Positions 14,801 to 23,387 of a DNA stretch of 38,929 nt are shown here, one piece after another. Position 1 is the first letter of the stretch. Each line of letters opens with the position of its first letter. The stretch spans positions 64,001 to 102,929 of the IMG/VR virus record IMGVR_UViG_3300045836_000108; one strand, written 5' to 3'. Both the position numbers and the translations under genes were made by a program. This DNA is from a virus (Duplodnaviria; Heunggongvirae; Uroviricota; Caudoviricetes). A model generated the notes under the pieces. It was not told the DNA's origin, made no database searches, and saw only the letters and a program-made list of their open reading frames with translations.

Positions 14801-14837
14801 GCAGACGCCCCATACGCTACGGGGCGTCTGCTTCACT
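14801..14837 (+). terminator. intrinsic terminator-like hairpin
   Basis: gcagacgcccc/ggggcgtctgc 11-bp stem followed by ttcactt, just after the 14778 stop. Confidence 0.6.
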
Positions 14838-14857
14838 TCGACAACCGGAGGACAACC

Positions 14858-15076
14858 GTGTACTACTGCTCTGCGGGCCACCTGCTGGCTTCCCGGACCG
14901 CTCACTGCACCTACGTCGGCTGCGGCTGGGAAAACCCGCTGTACGTCGCGGAGGAGGTGGCTGCGGCCACCGGCAACCTGGAACTGGCCGAGGACCTGGC
15001 GCTGGCCCGGGGCGACGTCGGCGCCGCGATCGCGTACGAGGTACAGGAAGAGATCCAGGACGCGTTCGGCTGGTAG
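14858..15076 (+). CDS. small protein with N-terminal zinc-binding motif (72 aa)
   Basis: YYCSAGH...HCTYVGCG; GGAGG RBS before GTG. Confidence 0.7.
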   Translation: MYYCSAGHLLASRTAHCTYVGCGWENPLYVAEEVAAATGNLELAEDLALARGDVGAAIAYEVQEEIQDAFGW

Positions 15077-15090
15077 TCAGCCCCCTCTCG

Positions 15091-15124
15091 GCAGCGCCGT
15101 TTCCCTACGCGGGAACGGCGCTGC
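15091..15124. terminator. hairpin at the convergence of plus and minus genes
   Basis: gcagcgccgtttccc/gggaacggcgctgc, 14 bp with one bulge. Confidence 0.55.
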
Positions 15125-16013
15125 TGCGCTTCTCCCGCACGTTCACGGCCCGGTCCAGCTCCTCGTCAGCGGTGCCGCACTCGGTGACCTTGGTTCGGAA
15201 GTAGCTGACGATGCTGATGCGTTCTGCGCCGCAGTCCTTGCAGTACTTGTCTAGGGTGTTCCCGCACTTGCAGACGATGGCGGTGTTGCCGTGCCACTCG
15301 TGGGCGTTCATGAGGATCAGGTCGCCGTCCTGAAGGTCCACGGCCACCCGGTACTCCGGGAAAGTCAGACGTCCCCCGGTGAACTCGCCGCGCCGAATAC
15401 AGGCGATTGTAGAGAACCCTTTGTCCAGGTCTCCCTTGTCGGTGTGGACTCCGGTGGGGTACGTGTTGTTGACGGTGACGGTGGAGAACGGCGTGCCCGG
15501 CACCACCCACTCCGGCTTGGATGCCTTGGCCTCGGCAAGTTGGTTGGCGTAGCGGTCTGGGACGTACTCCTCCAGGTACTTGGCGACCTCCATCAGGAAC
15601 GGCTGGAGGCTCTGCCACTGGGGCAGGTTGTCCCCAGTCCAGGCGGTGAGGCGGCAGTACCGGTAGATGCCACCTGGGTCGATGGCGCCGATGATGGCGG
15701 ACGGCACGTCTTTGGCGTAGGTGCGGTTTTGGCCGTTGCGCTTGACGCGGACGCTTCCGGCGGCCATGCCCCTGTTCTTGGACACGGCGTTCCAGAGGCT
15801 GTGGAAGATCGCATACACCTCGTCGGTGATGGCGTCTTTCATCGCGGCGGGCAGGTACACGCACAGCGGTGAGCCGTCTGGTTTGCGGACGTAGCTGGGG
15901 CCGGTCAGCAGGATGTTGTAGTCGGCGTCCGTGAGGATCTTCGCGACCTTCTCGTCCATCTCCTGCTTGGAGATCTTGGACCGCAGGCGGACGTCAACAA
16001 GCGGGATGGTCAC
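15105..16013 (-). CDS. TET/JBP-family 2OG-Fe(II) 5-methylpyrimidine dioxygenase (302 aa)
   Basis: TPFSTVTVNN..T.VHTDKGD (HxD), GG.L.FPEY..AV....GDLILMNAHEWHGNT (distal His), RISIVSYFR (2OG-binding Arg). Confidence 0.85.
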   Translation of the reverse strand: MTIPLVDVRLRSKISKQEMDEKVAKILTDADYNILLTGPSYVRKPDGSPLCVYLPAAMKDAITDEVYAIFHSLWNAVSKNRGMAAGSVRVKRNGQNRTYAKDVPSAIIGAIDPGGIYRYCRLTAWTGDNLPQWQSLQPFLMEVAKYLEEYVPDRYANQLAEAKASKPEWVVPGTPFSTVTVNNTYPTGVHTDKGDLDKGFSTIACIRRGEFTGGRLTFPEYRVAVDLQDGDLILMNAHEWHGNTAIVCKCGNTLDKYCKDCGAERISIVSYFRTKVTECGTADEELDRAVNVREKRSSAVPA

Positions 16014-16558
16014 CGCAGAACCTCCAATGCCGGAACAGCTTCTATGAGGGCTTCAACAAGTTCTTGGGGCGTGCGCATGCCGTCCAGGTCCCAGCCTCCG
16101 ATGGCGGCGCGGAGGTTCGCTGCCCGCGTGGAGGCGCCCTTGATCCACTTCTCGTCCTGGTTGCTGCCGCGCTTCCGGCGGCGTGCGTCCAACTCCTGCC
16201 GGGTGGCGTCGAGGTAGAACGTATGCACGGCGTATCCGGCGCCTCTAGCGGCCTCTAGGAAGCCGCGCGTGGCCAGCCGTGCCCCTTCCCCAAGAATGAG
16301 TCCGTACGGCTGCGTACGGAGCCAGGAGATGGCTTGCGGCTGGATGCTCATCGACATGGCGTCGGTGCCGGAGAAGGCTTGCCGACGTCGGCCAAGCTCC
16401 ACGCCGACGATCTCCGGAACGTAGTGGCCTTCACGGAGCAGAAGGTCATGGGGGACTTTGGATTCGCTTGTAAGGCGTCCGCAGTTCTTGGTCAGCTCCG
16501 CCATCAGCGTGGATTTCCCGACTCCGGGAGGACCGTACAGGTAGACCAGCGCGTTCAC
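16010..16558 (-). CDS. P-loop nucleotide/DNA kinase of base-modification clusters (182 aa)
   Basis: Walker A GPPGVGKST; FSGTDAMSMSIQP; LGEGARL; lid RRRKRGSNQ; GTG 16558 overlaps the upstream stop. Confidence 0.75.
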   Translation of the reverse strand: MNALVYLYGPPGVGKSTLMAELTKNCGRLTSESKVPHDLLLREGHYVPEIVGVELGRRRQAFSGTDAMSMSIQPQAISWLRTQPYGLILGEGARLATRGFLEAARGAGYAVHTFYLDATRQELDARRRKRGSNQDEKWIKGASTRAANLRAAIGGWDLDGMRTPQELVEALIEAVPALEVLR

Positions 16559-17361
16559 CACGAGTTCACCATCTCCTCTGCCTCGGCCGGTGCCAGGGCG
16601 TAGCCGGTCCGGTGGTAGCCGGTCAGGACATAGTGGCCACGGCTGTGCTGGAACGCCCGGGGCTCGGTTTGGATCCTCTGTCCGTACACCGGCCTCCACG
16701 GACCGGAGGAGTCGCCAGCAGTGATCCCCAGATCGTTGGCGATGTCCAGCATCTTCTTGGCCTGTTCCCGGGCGCCCTCCACCGTCGTGGACGACGAGGA
16801 ACCAAGCCGGGCGCGTCCTCCGACGACACCGGCGGTGAGGGTCTTGTACGGGGCGATGTAGTGGACCCGCAGGCTCGGTTGGGCAAGCCTACGTGGGCTG
16901 GCTACCCACGTGACGCCGTGGGTGATCTTGCCGTCGCCGTGGCTGGACCCAACAGCTACAACGACCTTGTCGCCTTTGAGGACACGGCCATCGGCAAGGG
17001 AAACCTCATTGCGGGAACACCTGGACAGGATTCCCTTCTCGACGCCGGAGGTGAACAGCGGCGCAGCCGGGTCAAGCATCCGCCAGTCCTTGTCGCGTTT
17101 GACGCCTTGCCGCTGGTAGCTGGAGACGTCTGCACCTTCCAGCATCTCCACGCCCCACGCCTTGTACATCTCCATGCTGCGGTCCCACAGGCGGGCGTCG
17201 CGGGGAGTCTTGGTGTGGTAGCCGCGCCGAAGAACGGCGGTGGCGGCCAGCGACGACGGCGCGTTGCCATCAGAGATGTGGACGGTTTCAAAGCCTCGCC
17301 GGTGACAAGCCCGAACCACGGAGCAGCCCGCAATACCTGCCCCGACAACAATCACCCTCAT
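16555..17361 (-). CDS. FAD-dependent oxidoreductase, DAO/glycine-oxidase-like (268 aa)
   Basis: Rossmann VIVVGAGIAG at the N-terminus; C-terminal TGYHRTGYALAP. Confidence 0.8.
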   Translation of the reverse strand: MRVIVVGAGIAGCSVVRACHRRGFETVHISDGNAPSSLAATAVLRRGYHTKTPRDARLWDRSMEMYKAWGVEMLEGADVSSYQRQGVKRDKDWRMLDPAAPLFTSGVEKGILSRCSRNEVSLADGRVLKGDKVVVAVGSSHGDGKITHGVTWVASPRRLAQPSLRVHYIAPYKTLTAGVVGGRARLGSSSSTTVEGAREQAKKMLDIANDLGITAGDSSGPWRPVYGQRIQTEPRAFQHSRGHYVLTGYHRTGYALAPAEAEEMVNSW

Positions 17362-18227
17362 GTGCGCTCCAAGATCTTGCCGGTGTCGCGGTATGCGCGT
17401 TTGCGGACAGGGTCCGGGCCGGTCCAGCCGTAAATCTCACCCAGGTACGGGTTGGGAAGGGTGTGGAACCGGGCTTCCAGAGCTGACTGGGTCCACGCCG
17501 ACTGCACGTCCAACAGCTGCCGCAGCATCTGGTCGATGTCGTGGCCGACGTAGTACCGGCCGGTAGCCAGGGCATGGAAGTCGCACAAGGTCGTCTCCAC
17601 CTCCTCCACCGGGGCGTGGAGTCCTTCCTGCTCCAAGCGGCGGCAGATGATCTCCGAGACCTTGTCCAGCTCCCGCGCAGCCTCCTTGCTGTTTCCCTTA
17701 GGCAAGTCCCGCAGCAGCAGATCCATGCCTTGACGGGGGCCGGACGAGTGGGCGTGGCCCATGTCGGTGGCCTCCACCCGAACGCTACAAACCTTCCACA
17801 GAAGCTCAGACGTTTTGAATGAGGCCCACCGGCCGTTGCCCCAGATATCCAACAGCGCGTCGTTGAGTTTCCCCCAGGCGTCCCGGGGACCCGTCGAGCC
17901 TTGGATAGCGTTCCTGATCCACCGTTCCCATCCTCCAGGCAGAGCCTCCACGGACCGGAGTCCGTCTAAGTGCCTGGCAAGCTTGCGGGCATCCCGGTGT
18001 CCACGGCGTTCCGTCGCGCACGGCAGAGGGCCCTTCTCGCCCAGGAATGCTGCCAGCCCGGAGCCCAGGTGGTAGTACGCGACGTACCGCATCACCAGCC
18101 GGATGCGGTCCTCGGCGGACAGGCCGTGGTACACGGCCAACTGACGCAGCACCGGGTACACCGGGTCAACGTCTTGTGTCTCCAACGCCAGGCGGTGGAA
18201 CCGGGCGTAGTCGTCCCAGATAGCCAT
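17358..18227 (-). CDS. amino acid:DNA transferase (aGPT-Pplase2-like, HhH-glycosylase fold) (289 aa)
   Basis: DVDPVY, TERRGHR, GNGRWASFK, EVETTLCDF....GRYYVGHDIDQM. Confidence 0.75.
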   Translation of the reverse strand: MAIWDDYARFHRLALETQDVDPVYPVLRQLAVYHGLSAEDRIRLVMRYVAYYHLGSGLAAFLGEKGPLPCATERRGHRDARKLARHLDGLRSVEALPGGWERWIRNAIQGSTGPRDAWGKLNDALLDIWGNGRWASFKTSELLWKVCSVRVEATDMGHAHSSGPRQGMDLLLRDLPKGNSKEAARELDKVSEIICRRLEQEGLHAPVEEVETTLCDFHALATGRYYVGHDIDQMLRQLLDVQSAWTQSALEARFHTLPNPYLGEIYGWTGPDPVRKRAYRDTGKILERT

Positions 18228-18955
18228 CAGACGGGGCTGTGGATGGCGTTGTAGTGCTTGCAGTGGTCGCAGTCGTCGCCGTGTTCTGCGCGGGCTGCCA
18301 CGGTCAGCTTCAGGCCGCGTGCGGCCCGCAGCAGGATCTCCCCGTTGGTGAGGTCGCTGTTTGCGTCCAGGGAGGACCGCAGACCGGCCAGGTGCCGGTG
18401 GAGTTCGTCGTGGTCGTCCTGGGGGAGGATGATCACGGTCTCGCGGATGCCGCGTGCCGCCAGGGATTCCCCGGAGCCCAGTTCGGAGCGGGCCTGCGCC
18501 TCCTCCGGCGTCTCCGCGTACTGCGCCTGCGTGGCGACGTACGGCGTCTCAGCTACCTGGTCCAGGGCTGCCAGCAGGTCGTCCAGGTCGTCGGCGTCCC
18601 AACCGGTACCGACGAAGTCCCCGTCCAGCTGCTCCAGCAGCGCAGCCAGGGACGCGTCATCGTAGCCTGCGCGTTCGCCGATGCGGTTGGCGGCCAGGTT
18701 GATCCAGAGGGCTTCATCGTCGGAGCACTCGATGACCTTGCACTCGACAGTGTCCCAGTCCTCCAGGCGGGCTGCCTCGGCGGTGCCGTGGCCGGAGAGG
18801 ATGGTGTAGACGCCTGCGTGTTCCCGTACGACGATCGGCTGAAACTGTCCGCGCCGGAGGCTGCGGCGCAGCTCGTCCAGGTCGTGTTCCTTGGCGTTGC
18901 CGGGGAATTCGTGGAGCTTAGCCAGCGGGAGGTTGGCGAACTCGATGTGCTTCAT
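18227..18955 (-). CDS. ParB/Srx N-terminal domain protein (242 aa)
   Basis: L..L..FPGNAKEHD...L..SL..GQFQPIVV....ILSGHGT.EAA, NLAANRIGE.AGYD. Confidence 0.85.
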   Translation of the reverse strand: MKHIEFANLPLAKLHEFPGNAKEHDLDELRRSLRRGQFQPIVVREHAGVYTILSGHGTAEAARLEDWDTVECKVIECSDDEALWINLAANRIGERAGYDDASLAALLEQLDGDFVGTGWDADDLDDLLAALDQVAETPYVATQAQYAETPEEAQARSELGSGESLAARGIRETVIILPQDDHDELHRHLAGLRSSLDANSDLTNGEILLRAARGLKLTVAARAEHGDDCDHCKHYNAIHSPV

Positions 18956-20322
18956 ACGTCGTCCTGTCCTTCAAGGGTGTTCAGTGCGGAGTCAACATCG
19001 ACTTCACCGCAGAGCTTGGCGGCAGCGTTGGGGCTGCCTTTGATGAACACCAGGACTTCCTGGTGGTTTCGGATCAGAAGCCGCGTGCGGGGGAACGTGT
19101 AGCCAGCCCGGATTGCGGCGGTGCCGATCGAGTTGATCAGAACTGCCTCGGAGTGTGTTCTCAAGCCCGCGTCGGCTGCGGCCTTGCAGGTAACGGCCCG
19201 GAGGTCGCGCAGCCCTCCGCGCTTGTCCCGGACGGAGCCTACGACGATGACTGCGAACCTGTCGTTTTTCAAGGTCCGGAACGACTCGCGCAGGATGTGC
19301 ATGTACGCTTCATCGAACGCGTCCGTATCCATGTTGGATAGGTCTTTGTCGTTGTCGGAGTACTTCTCCAGGTCGTAGTACGGCGGGCAGGTGAACACCA
19401 TGTCAAACTGTTCGTCGCGGAGGATCGAGGCCTCGTATCGGGAGTCTCCCTGCATCCACACCGGGACCTGTGTTCCCCACCGTTTCCGGTAGGCCCAGGC
19501 GGTGTCGAAGTTCAAGTCCACCTGCTCCTGCGACAGGTCCACGCCGCTGTATTTGAGGCCTAGTTGGGTGGCTACTAGGCCGCGCGGAGGGCCACCGGCG
19601 AAGGGGTCGAAAACGTGGCCGCCTTTGGGGCAGAACCAGATGTAGCACAGCTCCGCCAATACAGGATCGAACACGGACGTGCCGGTGGTGAACCCTTTCT
19701 TCACCAGGTAGTCGGCTGCCTTCACGGGAATCTTGTAGGACGTGGCGCCTTCCCGTGCCTCGTCCCGGGCTTCCAGTCCGCCGACGCCCCGGTCAAGCCA
19801 CTGGCGTTTGCGGCCTAGCCACCAGCCGGTGCGTGCGTCGATGACGGAGAACGGCGGGGCCAGGAAGCGCTCTGAGAGGCTGCCTGCCGCCACGGGAGGC
19901 TGCTCCGTAGCTAGTTCCTGGTCGGCTTGTTCCAGAGCCTCCAGCGTGGTCTGTATGTCGTATCCGAGCAGGTCTGGGTCAACGCCTTCATCAAGCAGAC
20001 CGGCGAGGAGTTCGTTGAGTTGTTCGTCGTCGTAGTCGCCAAGGTCGGAGGTGCGGTTGTCCGCGACCATGATGGACTTGGCCGTTGTGTCGTCCACGTC
20101 CAAGACGACGGCGGAGACCTCTGCGCGCCCCAGCTGTTTCATCGCTTTCCAGGTGTGGTTGCCCGCGATGATGTAGCCGGTGCTGGCTTGGACGACGATG
20201 GGCTTGTATTGGCCCAGGGCTTCGATGGATTTGGCGATGGCTTCGGTGTTGCCGCGCCTGGGGTTGTCGGGATGCGGCTGAACAGCGTCGATGGCTAGCG
20301 TCCGAACCTGCTCAGGCTGCAT
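18952..20322 (-). CDS. ParB/Srx domain fused to an amino-DNA methyltransferase (N4-C/N6-A type) (456 aa)
   Basis: PHPDNPRRG..GQYKPIVV..IIAGNHTW, DNRTSD; SAM motif FDPFAGG; catalytic FTCPPY; GGAGG RBS before ATG 20322. Confidence 0.85.
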   Translation of the reverse strand: MQPEQVRTLAIDAVQPHPDNPRRGNTEAIAKSIEALGQYKPIVVQASTGYIIAGNHTWKAMKQLGRAEVSAVVLDVDDTTAKSIMVADNRTSDLGDYDDEQLNELLAGLLDEGVDPDLLGYDIQTTLEALEQADQELATEQPPVAAGSLSERFLAPPFSVIDARTGWWLGRKRQWLDRGVGGLEARDEAREGATSYKIPVKAADYLVKKGFTTGTSVFDPVLAELCYIWFCPKGGHVFDPFAGGPPRGLVATQLGLKYSGVDLSQEQVDLNFDTAWAYRKRWGTQVPVWMQGDSRYEASILRDEQFDMVFTCPPYYDLEKYSDNDKDLSNMDTDAFDEAYMHILRESFRTLKNDRFAVIVVGSVRDKRGGLRDLRAVTCKAAADAGLRTHSEAVLINSIGTAAIRAGYTFPRTRLLIRNHQEVLVFIKGSPNAAAKLCGEVDVDSALNTLEGQDDV

Positions 20323-20445
20323 GCGTCCTCCGGTACTTCCCTGCGTTTGATCACGAGTGTAGAGCACCTGGTGGCGACACGGTGTCGTGTGGCGGTGTGG
20401 CCGTTTCTGAGTATGTAAAAGATCTTGGATAAAGTTCGCGAACCC

Positions 20446-20477
20446 GCTTTACATCACTTAGCGATCAGGAGTAACGT
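20446..20477 (+). promoter_or_regulatory. conserved phage promoter
   Basis: GCTTTACATCACTTAGCGATCAGGAGTAACGT = TTTACA-18-TAACGT. Confidence 0.75.
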
Positions 20478-20516
20478 TGCCCCCGTAAGCCAGACCGAGA
20501 CCCAGAGGAGCAGGCG

Positions 20517-21659
20517 ATGAACATCGAGTACAAGTACACCGGGACCAAGCAGATCCGCATCGTGGACGGCGACGTCCTGGAGGTCACCGACCGCGAGGCC
20601 TTCATCAGCTCCAGTGGCACCGCCCACTACGCCGACTGCTCCGTGGTCACCCGGATGCTGTCCGGCGGCGGTATGAACCGCATGGCGGCGCGCAAGCCCG
20701 TCTCCATCGTCAAGGCCATGGAGGGCATCAAGAACGGCACCTACGCCGACTGCGCCGCCTGCGCCAAGAACGAGGCCAGCCGCCAGGCTGAGTACGCCGA
20801 GAACGAGCAGCTGATAGCCCCCAAGCCCGTCGTCGTGGACGTCGAGCCGACGGCTCCGGTCCAGAAGACCCGCAAGACCCGCAAGGCCCGCAAGTCCGTG
20901 AACAACACCAAGGTCGAGGAGAAGACCATGAACAACACCGCTACCGCCACCCCGCTGCCCGAGGGCGTCAAGGCCAGCCACACGATGCAACCGGTGTGGG
21001 ACGCCATCGTGGAGCTGAAGTCCGCCACCACCGCGCAGGTCATCGAGAAGTCGGGCGTCAGCCGGTCCTCCGTGCTGCGGGCCCTGAAGGCTCTGAACGA
21101 GGCCGGGGCCGTCACGGTCACCGTCGGTGACAAGCGCACCCAGTCCCCGGACGTGTGGACGCTGGCCGGGGCCGAGCCGACCGCGCCGCAGGCGTCGGCT
21201 CAGGACGAGCTGGAGCTGGAGCTGGAGGAGCCGGTGGCGCAGGTGCCGACTCCCCGCGAGGAGCCCAAGCCCGCTGTCGCCGTTCAGCCAAAGCCGCAGC
21301 CCGCGAAGAAGGCTGCGGCCCCCAAGCCCGCGATGACCGTGGCGCAGCACCGGCAGGCGAACGCCGACGAGGCCCAGAAGCGCAGCGCCGCCGCGAAGAA
21401 GACCGCTCCGGCCCCGGCGAAGAAGGCTCAGCCGCTGCCTCCGACCGCTATCGGCGGCAAGCAGATGACGGTTATCCTGCCGTGGATGATGGAGCACCCG
21501 GGCGAGTTCTTCACGGTGAAGCAGGTGGAGGAGGCTCTGGGTCTGCCGGACTACCCGCGCGGGGCGTGCTTCCGGCTGGTGGCGGCGAACGTCGGCGTGG
21601 AGCAGGAGAAGCGGACCGACAACAAGCTGCGGTTCGGGTACACGGGTAAGGCCAAGTAG
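20517..21659 (+). CDS. hypothetical protein with internal winged HTH and Lys/Ala/Pro-rich linkers (380 aa)
   Basis: ATTAQVIEKSGVSRSSVLRALKALNEAGAV; internal RBS plus ATG at 20928. Confidence 0.8.
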   Translation: MNIEYKYTGTKQIRIVDGDVLEVTDREAFISSSGTAHYADCSVVTRMLSGGGMNRMAARKPVSIVKAMEGIKNGTYADCAACAKNEASRQAEYAENEQLIAPKPVVVDVEPTAPVQKTRKTRKARKSVNNTKVEEKTMNNTATATPLPEGVKASHTMQPVWDAIVELKSATTAQVIEKSGVSRSSVLRALKALNEAGAVTVTVGDKRTQSPDVWTLAGAEPTAPQASAQDELELELEEPVAQVPTPREEPKPAVAVQPKPQPAKKAAAPKPAMTVAQHRQANADEAQKRSAAAKKTAPAPAKKAQPLPPTAIGGKQMTVILPWMMEHPGEFFTVKQVEEALGLPDYPRGACFRLVAANVGVEQEKRTDNKLRFGYTGKAK

Positions 21660-21674
21660 GGCAAGGCGGTGCGG

Positions 21675-21701
21675 AGGGGCCCCGGTAGACCGGGGCCCTT
21701 T
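21675..21701 (+). terminator. intrinsic terminator
   Basis: gggccccgg-taga-ccggggccc followed by ttt. Confidence 0.65.
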
Positions 21702-21766
21702 ACGACGTTTACCCGGAGCGGGTAGCGTTACCGGTGTAGATCTTTTAGCAGGGGAAAGGAACCGCC

Positions 21767-22024
21767 ATGGCTGCAAGCCCGTACAACAAGCCGCAGTGGA
21801 AGAGGCAGCTGGCCGGGGCGGCAGAGATCGCCGCTTGGGCTGGTGTTACGTCGGCTCAGGTTACGCATTGGGCCAAGGAGGAGTGGTGGCCTGCGGCGAA
21901 GGATGAGCTGAGGATGGGGCGCGTCTGGGCCTTTGATGAGGTCAAGACTGTCCTTGAGGCTCGGGGCTTCCCGAAGGCTCCGTACCTTGACCGGTACCCG
22001 TCGCACCGCAAGGAAGCTGCGTGA
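21767..22024 (+). CDS. AlpA/excisionase-like HTH protein (85 aa)
   Basis: LAGAAEIAAWAGVTSAQVTHW...WPAAKDELRMGRVWAFDEV. Confidence 0.65.
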   Translation: MAASPYNKPQWKRQLAGAAEIAAWAGVTSAQVTHWAKEEWWPAAKDELRMGRVWAFDEVKTVLEARGFPKAPYLDRYPSHRKEAA

Positions 22025-22170
22025 CCGTTGCTTCTGAGCAGTGCGAGTTTGTGTTCTACGTGGGCTCGTTCGCTTATGCGCCGGAGCAGTGCGAGGAGGA
22101 TGCGGTGGAGGGTTCCCGCTTCTGTTCCCGGCATGTGGACGACTTCTGGTGGGATCCGGAGGATGTCTAG
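22021..22170 (+). CDS. 49-aa C..C..C..H zinc-finger micro-protein
   Basis: GTG overlaps the upstream TGA; VTVASEQCEFVFYVGSFAYAPEQCEEDAVEGSRFCSRHVDDFWWDPEDV. Confidence 0.6.
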   Translation: MTVASEQCEFVFYVGSFAYAPEQCEEDAVEGSRFCSRHVDDFWWDPEDV

Positions 22171-22267
22171 GAGCAACGCTCTGCGCCTCTAGGGGACGCC
22201 CCTGCCGCTCTGTACGGCAGGGGCGTTGTCGTTGGTCTGGGTTGCCGTAGGGCCTGTTCTCGGCCTA

Positions 22268-22301
22268 GCTTTACTCCCCTTAGCGACGCGGGTAACGTTA
22301 C
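22268..22301 (+). promoter_or_regulatory. conserved phage promoter with GTAACGTTAC palindrome
   Basis: GCTTTACTCCCCTTAGCGACGCGGGTAACGTTAC = TTTACT-17-TAACGT. Confidence 0.75.
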
Positions 22302-22341
22302 CGCGTACGCGCCGTCAGACGGACGGCTGAGAGGAGAAGGA

Positions 22342-23049
22342 ATGCCCAACGCCCACTTGCAGAGCGCCATGTTCGTCCACGCCGCCGTGGATGCGGACGA
22401 GCTGTACGACACCACCCTGGAGGCGATGCTCGCCTTCGACAGCAACATGAGCGGCTTCACCGACGTCTCCAAGGTGGAGCAGCCGGTCACCATCACCCCC
22501 GGGCTTTGGATGAAATCGCCGGTCGGTCTGTCCACCAAAGCAATGGTGCTGTACAAGCCGGACGGCGCCCCGGCTCTGGACGAGGCCGACGCCCTGCTCC
22601 AGAGAGCGGCCTGCCGCAACCCGGAATGCAAGCCGGAGAACCACTTCCCGGCACACCGCCTGATGGTGGCATTCGAGACCCACGTGGACTACAACGACGT
22701 CCGGCGGGACTGGAACTGCGGGCAGCTCCACGCCGCCCTGCTGTTCAAGCTCGGGGCGTGGCTCGATGACCGGGGCATCCCGTGGAGTTGGACGTCGGAG
22801 GCTGATGACACGGTCCACAACGGCTACGACGGGTTGAACGAACTGGGTGAGAAGTCCAAGGAGTACAACCTGAGGCAGGCGTACGAGTACGCCATGGCCA
22901 CGATGCCGCCGGTCCCGATGAACTCGGTGATGGGTCTCATGATCATGGCCGACCAGGTGGCGATGCGTGCGGCGGCTGACGCCGACGACGAGGACGACGA
23001 GGCGGAGGACGACCGTTACGCGCCGTACTACCCGGAGGACGACGACTGA
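22342..23049 (+). CDS. hypothetical protein with acidic tail (235 aa)
   Basis: ORF track; GAGGAGAAGGA RBS. Confidence 0.8.
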   Translation: MPNAHLQSAMFVHAAVDADELYDTTLEAMLAFDSNMSGFTDVSKVEQPVTITPGLWMKSPVGLSTKAMVLYKPDGAPALDEADALLQRAACRNPECKPENHFPAHRLMVAFETHVDYNDVRRDWNCGQLHAALLFKLGAWLDDRGIPWSWTSEADDTVHNGYDGLNELGEKSKEYNLRQAYEYAMATMPPVPMNSVMGLMIMADQVAMRAAADADDEDDEAEDDRYAPYYPEDDD

Positions 23050-23062
23050 GCAGACGCACTAG

Positions 23063-23097
23063 AAAGCCCCCCGGGCGCCTCGGACCTGGGGGGCTTT
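23063..23097 (+). terminator. intrinsic terminator
   Basis: aaagcccccc/ggggggcttt stem. Confidence 0.65.
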
Positions 23098-23316
23098 GTG
23101 CTGCCCGGGGGCACCGGAGGGAAGACCCCCGGGCAGCGTTCCGTGTCTCTACCAGCAACCCAGAAGGTCCGGGAGACACGGAGCTTGTAGTGATCTTAGG
23201 GGTTGGATTCCCGTAGCGCACGTTCCCCTAGTTGGATCTTTATAAAGGTATCGTACGGACGTTACTAACGCGCTGCCCGAGACCCTGTCGAACGGATCTT
23301 TCTTTCTCTTACCGAT

Positions 23317-23332
23317 GGGGTATACGATACTC
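23317..23332 (+). promoter_or_regulatory. GGGGTATACGATAC box (copy 2)
   Basis: Exact 14-mer repeat containing -10 TACGAT, upstream of the AAA ATPase. Confidence 0.65.
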
Positions 23333-23387
23333 ATATCGCAGCCCGGGGGAACACCCCGGAGCTTGAAAAACCGGAGGAACAAAGCTT

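Noticed and set aside
18952-20322. C5-cytosine methyltransferase supplying 5mC to the TET enzyme
   Set aside because: The catalytic motif is TCPPY (amino-methyltransferase type); no PCQ/ENV motifs are present
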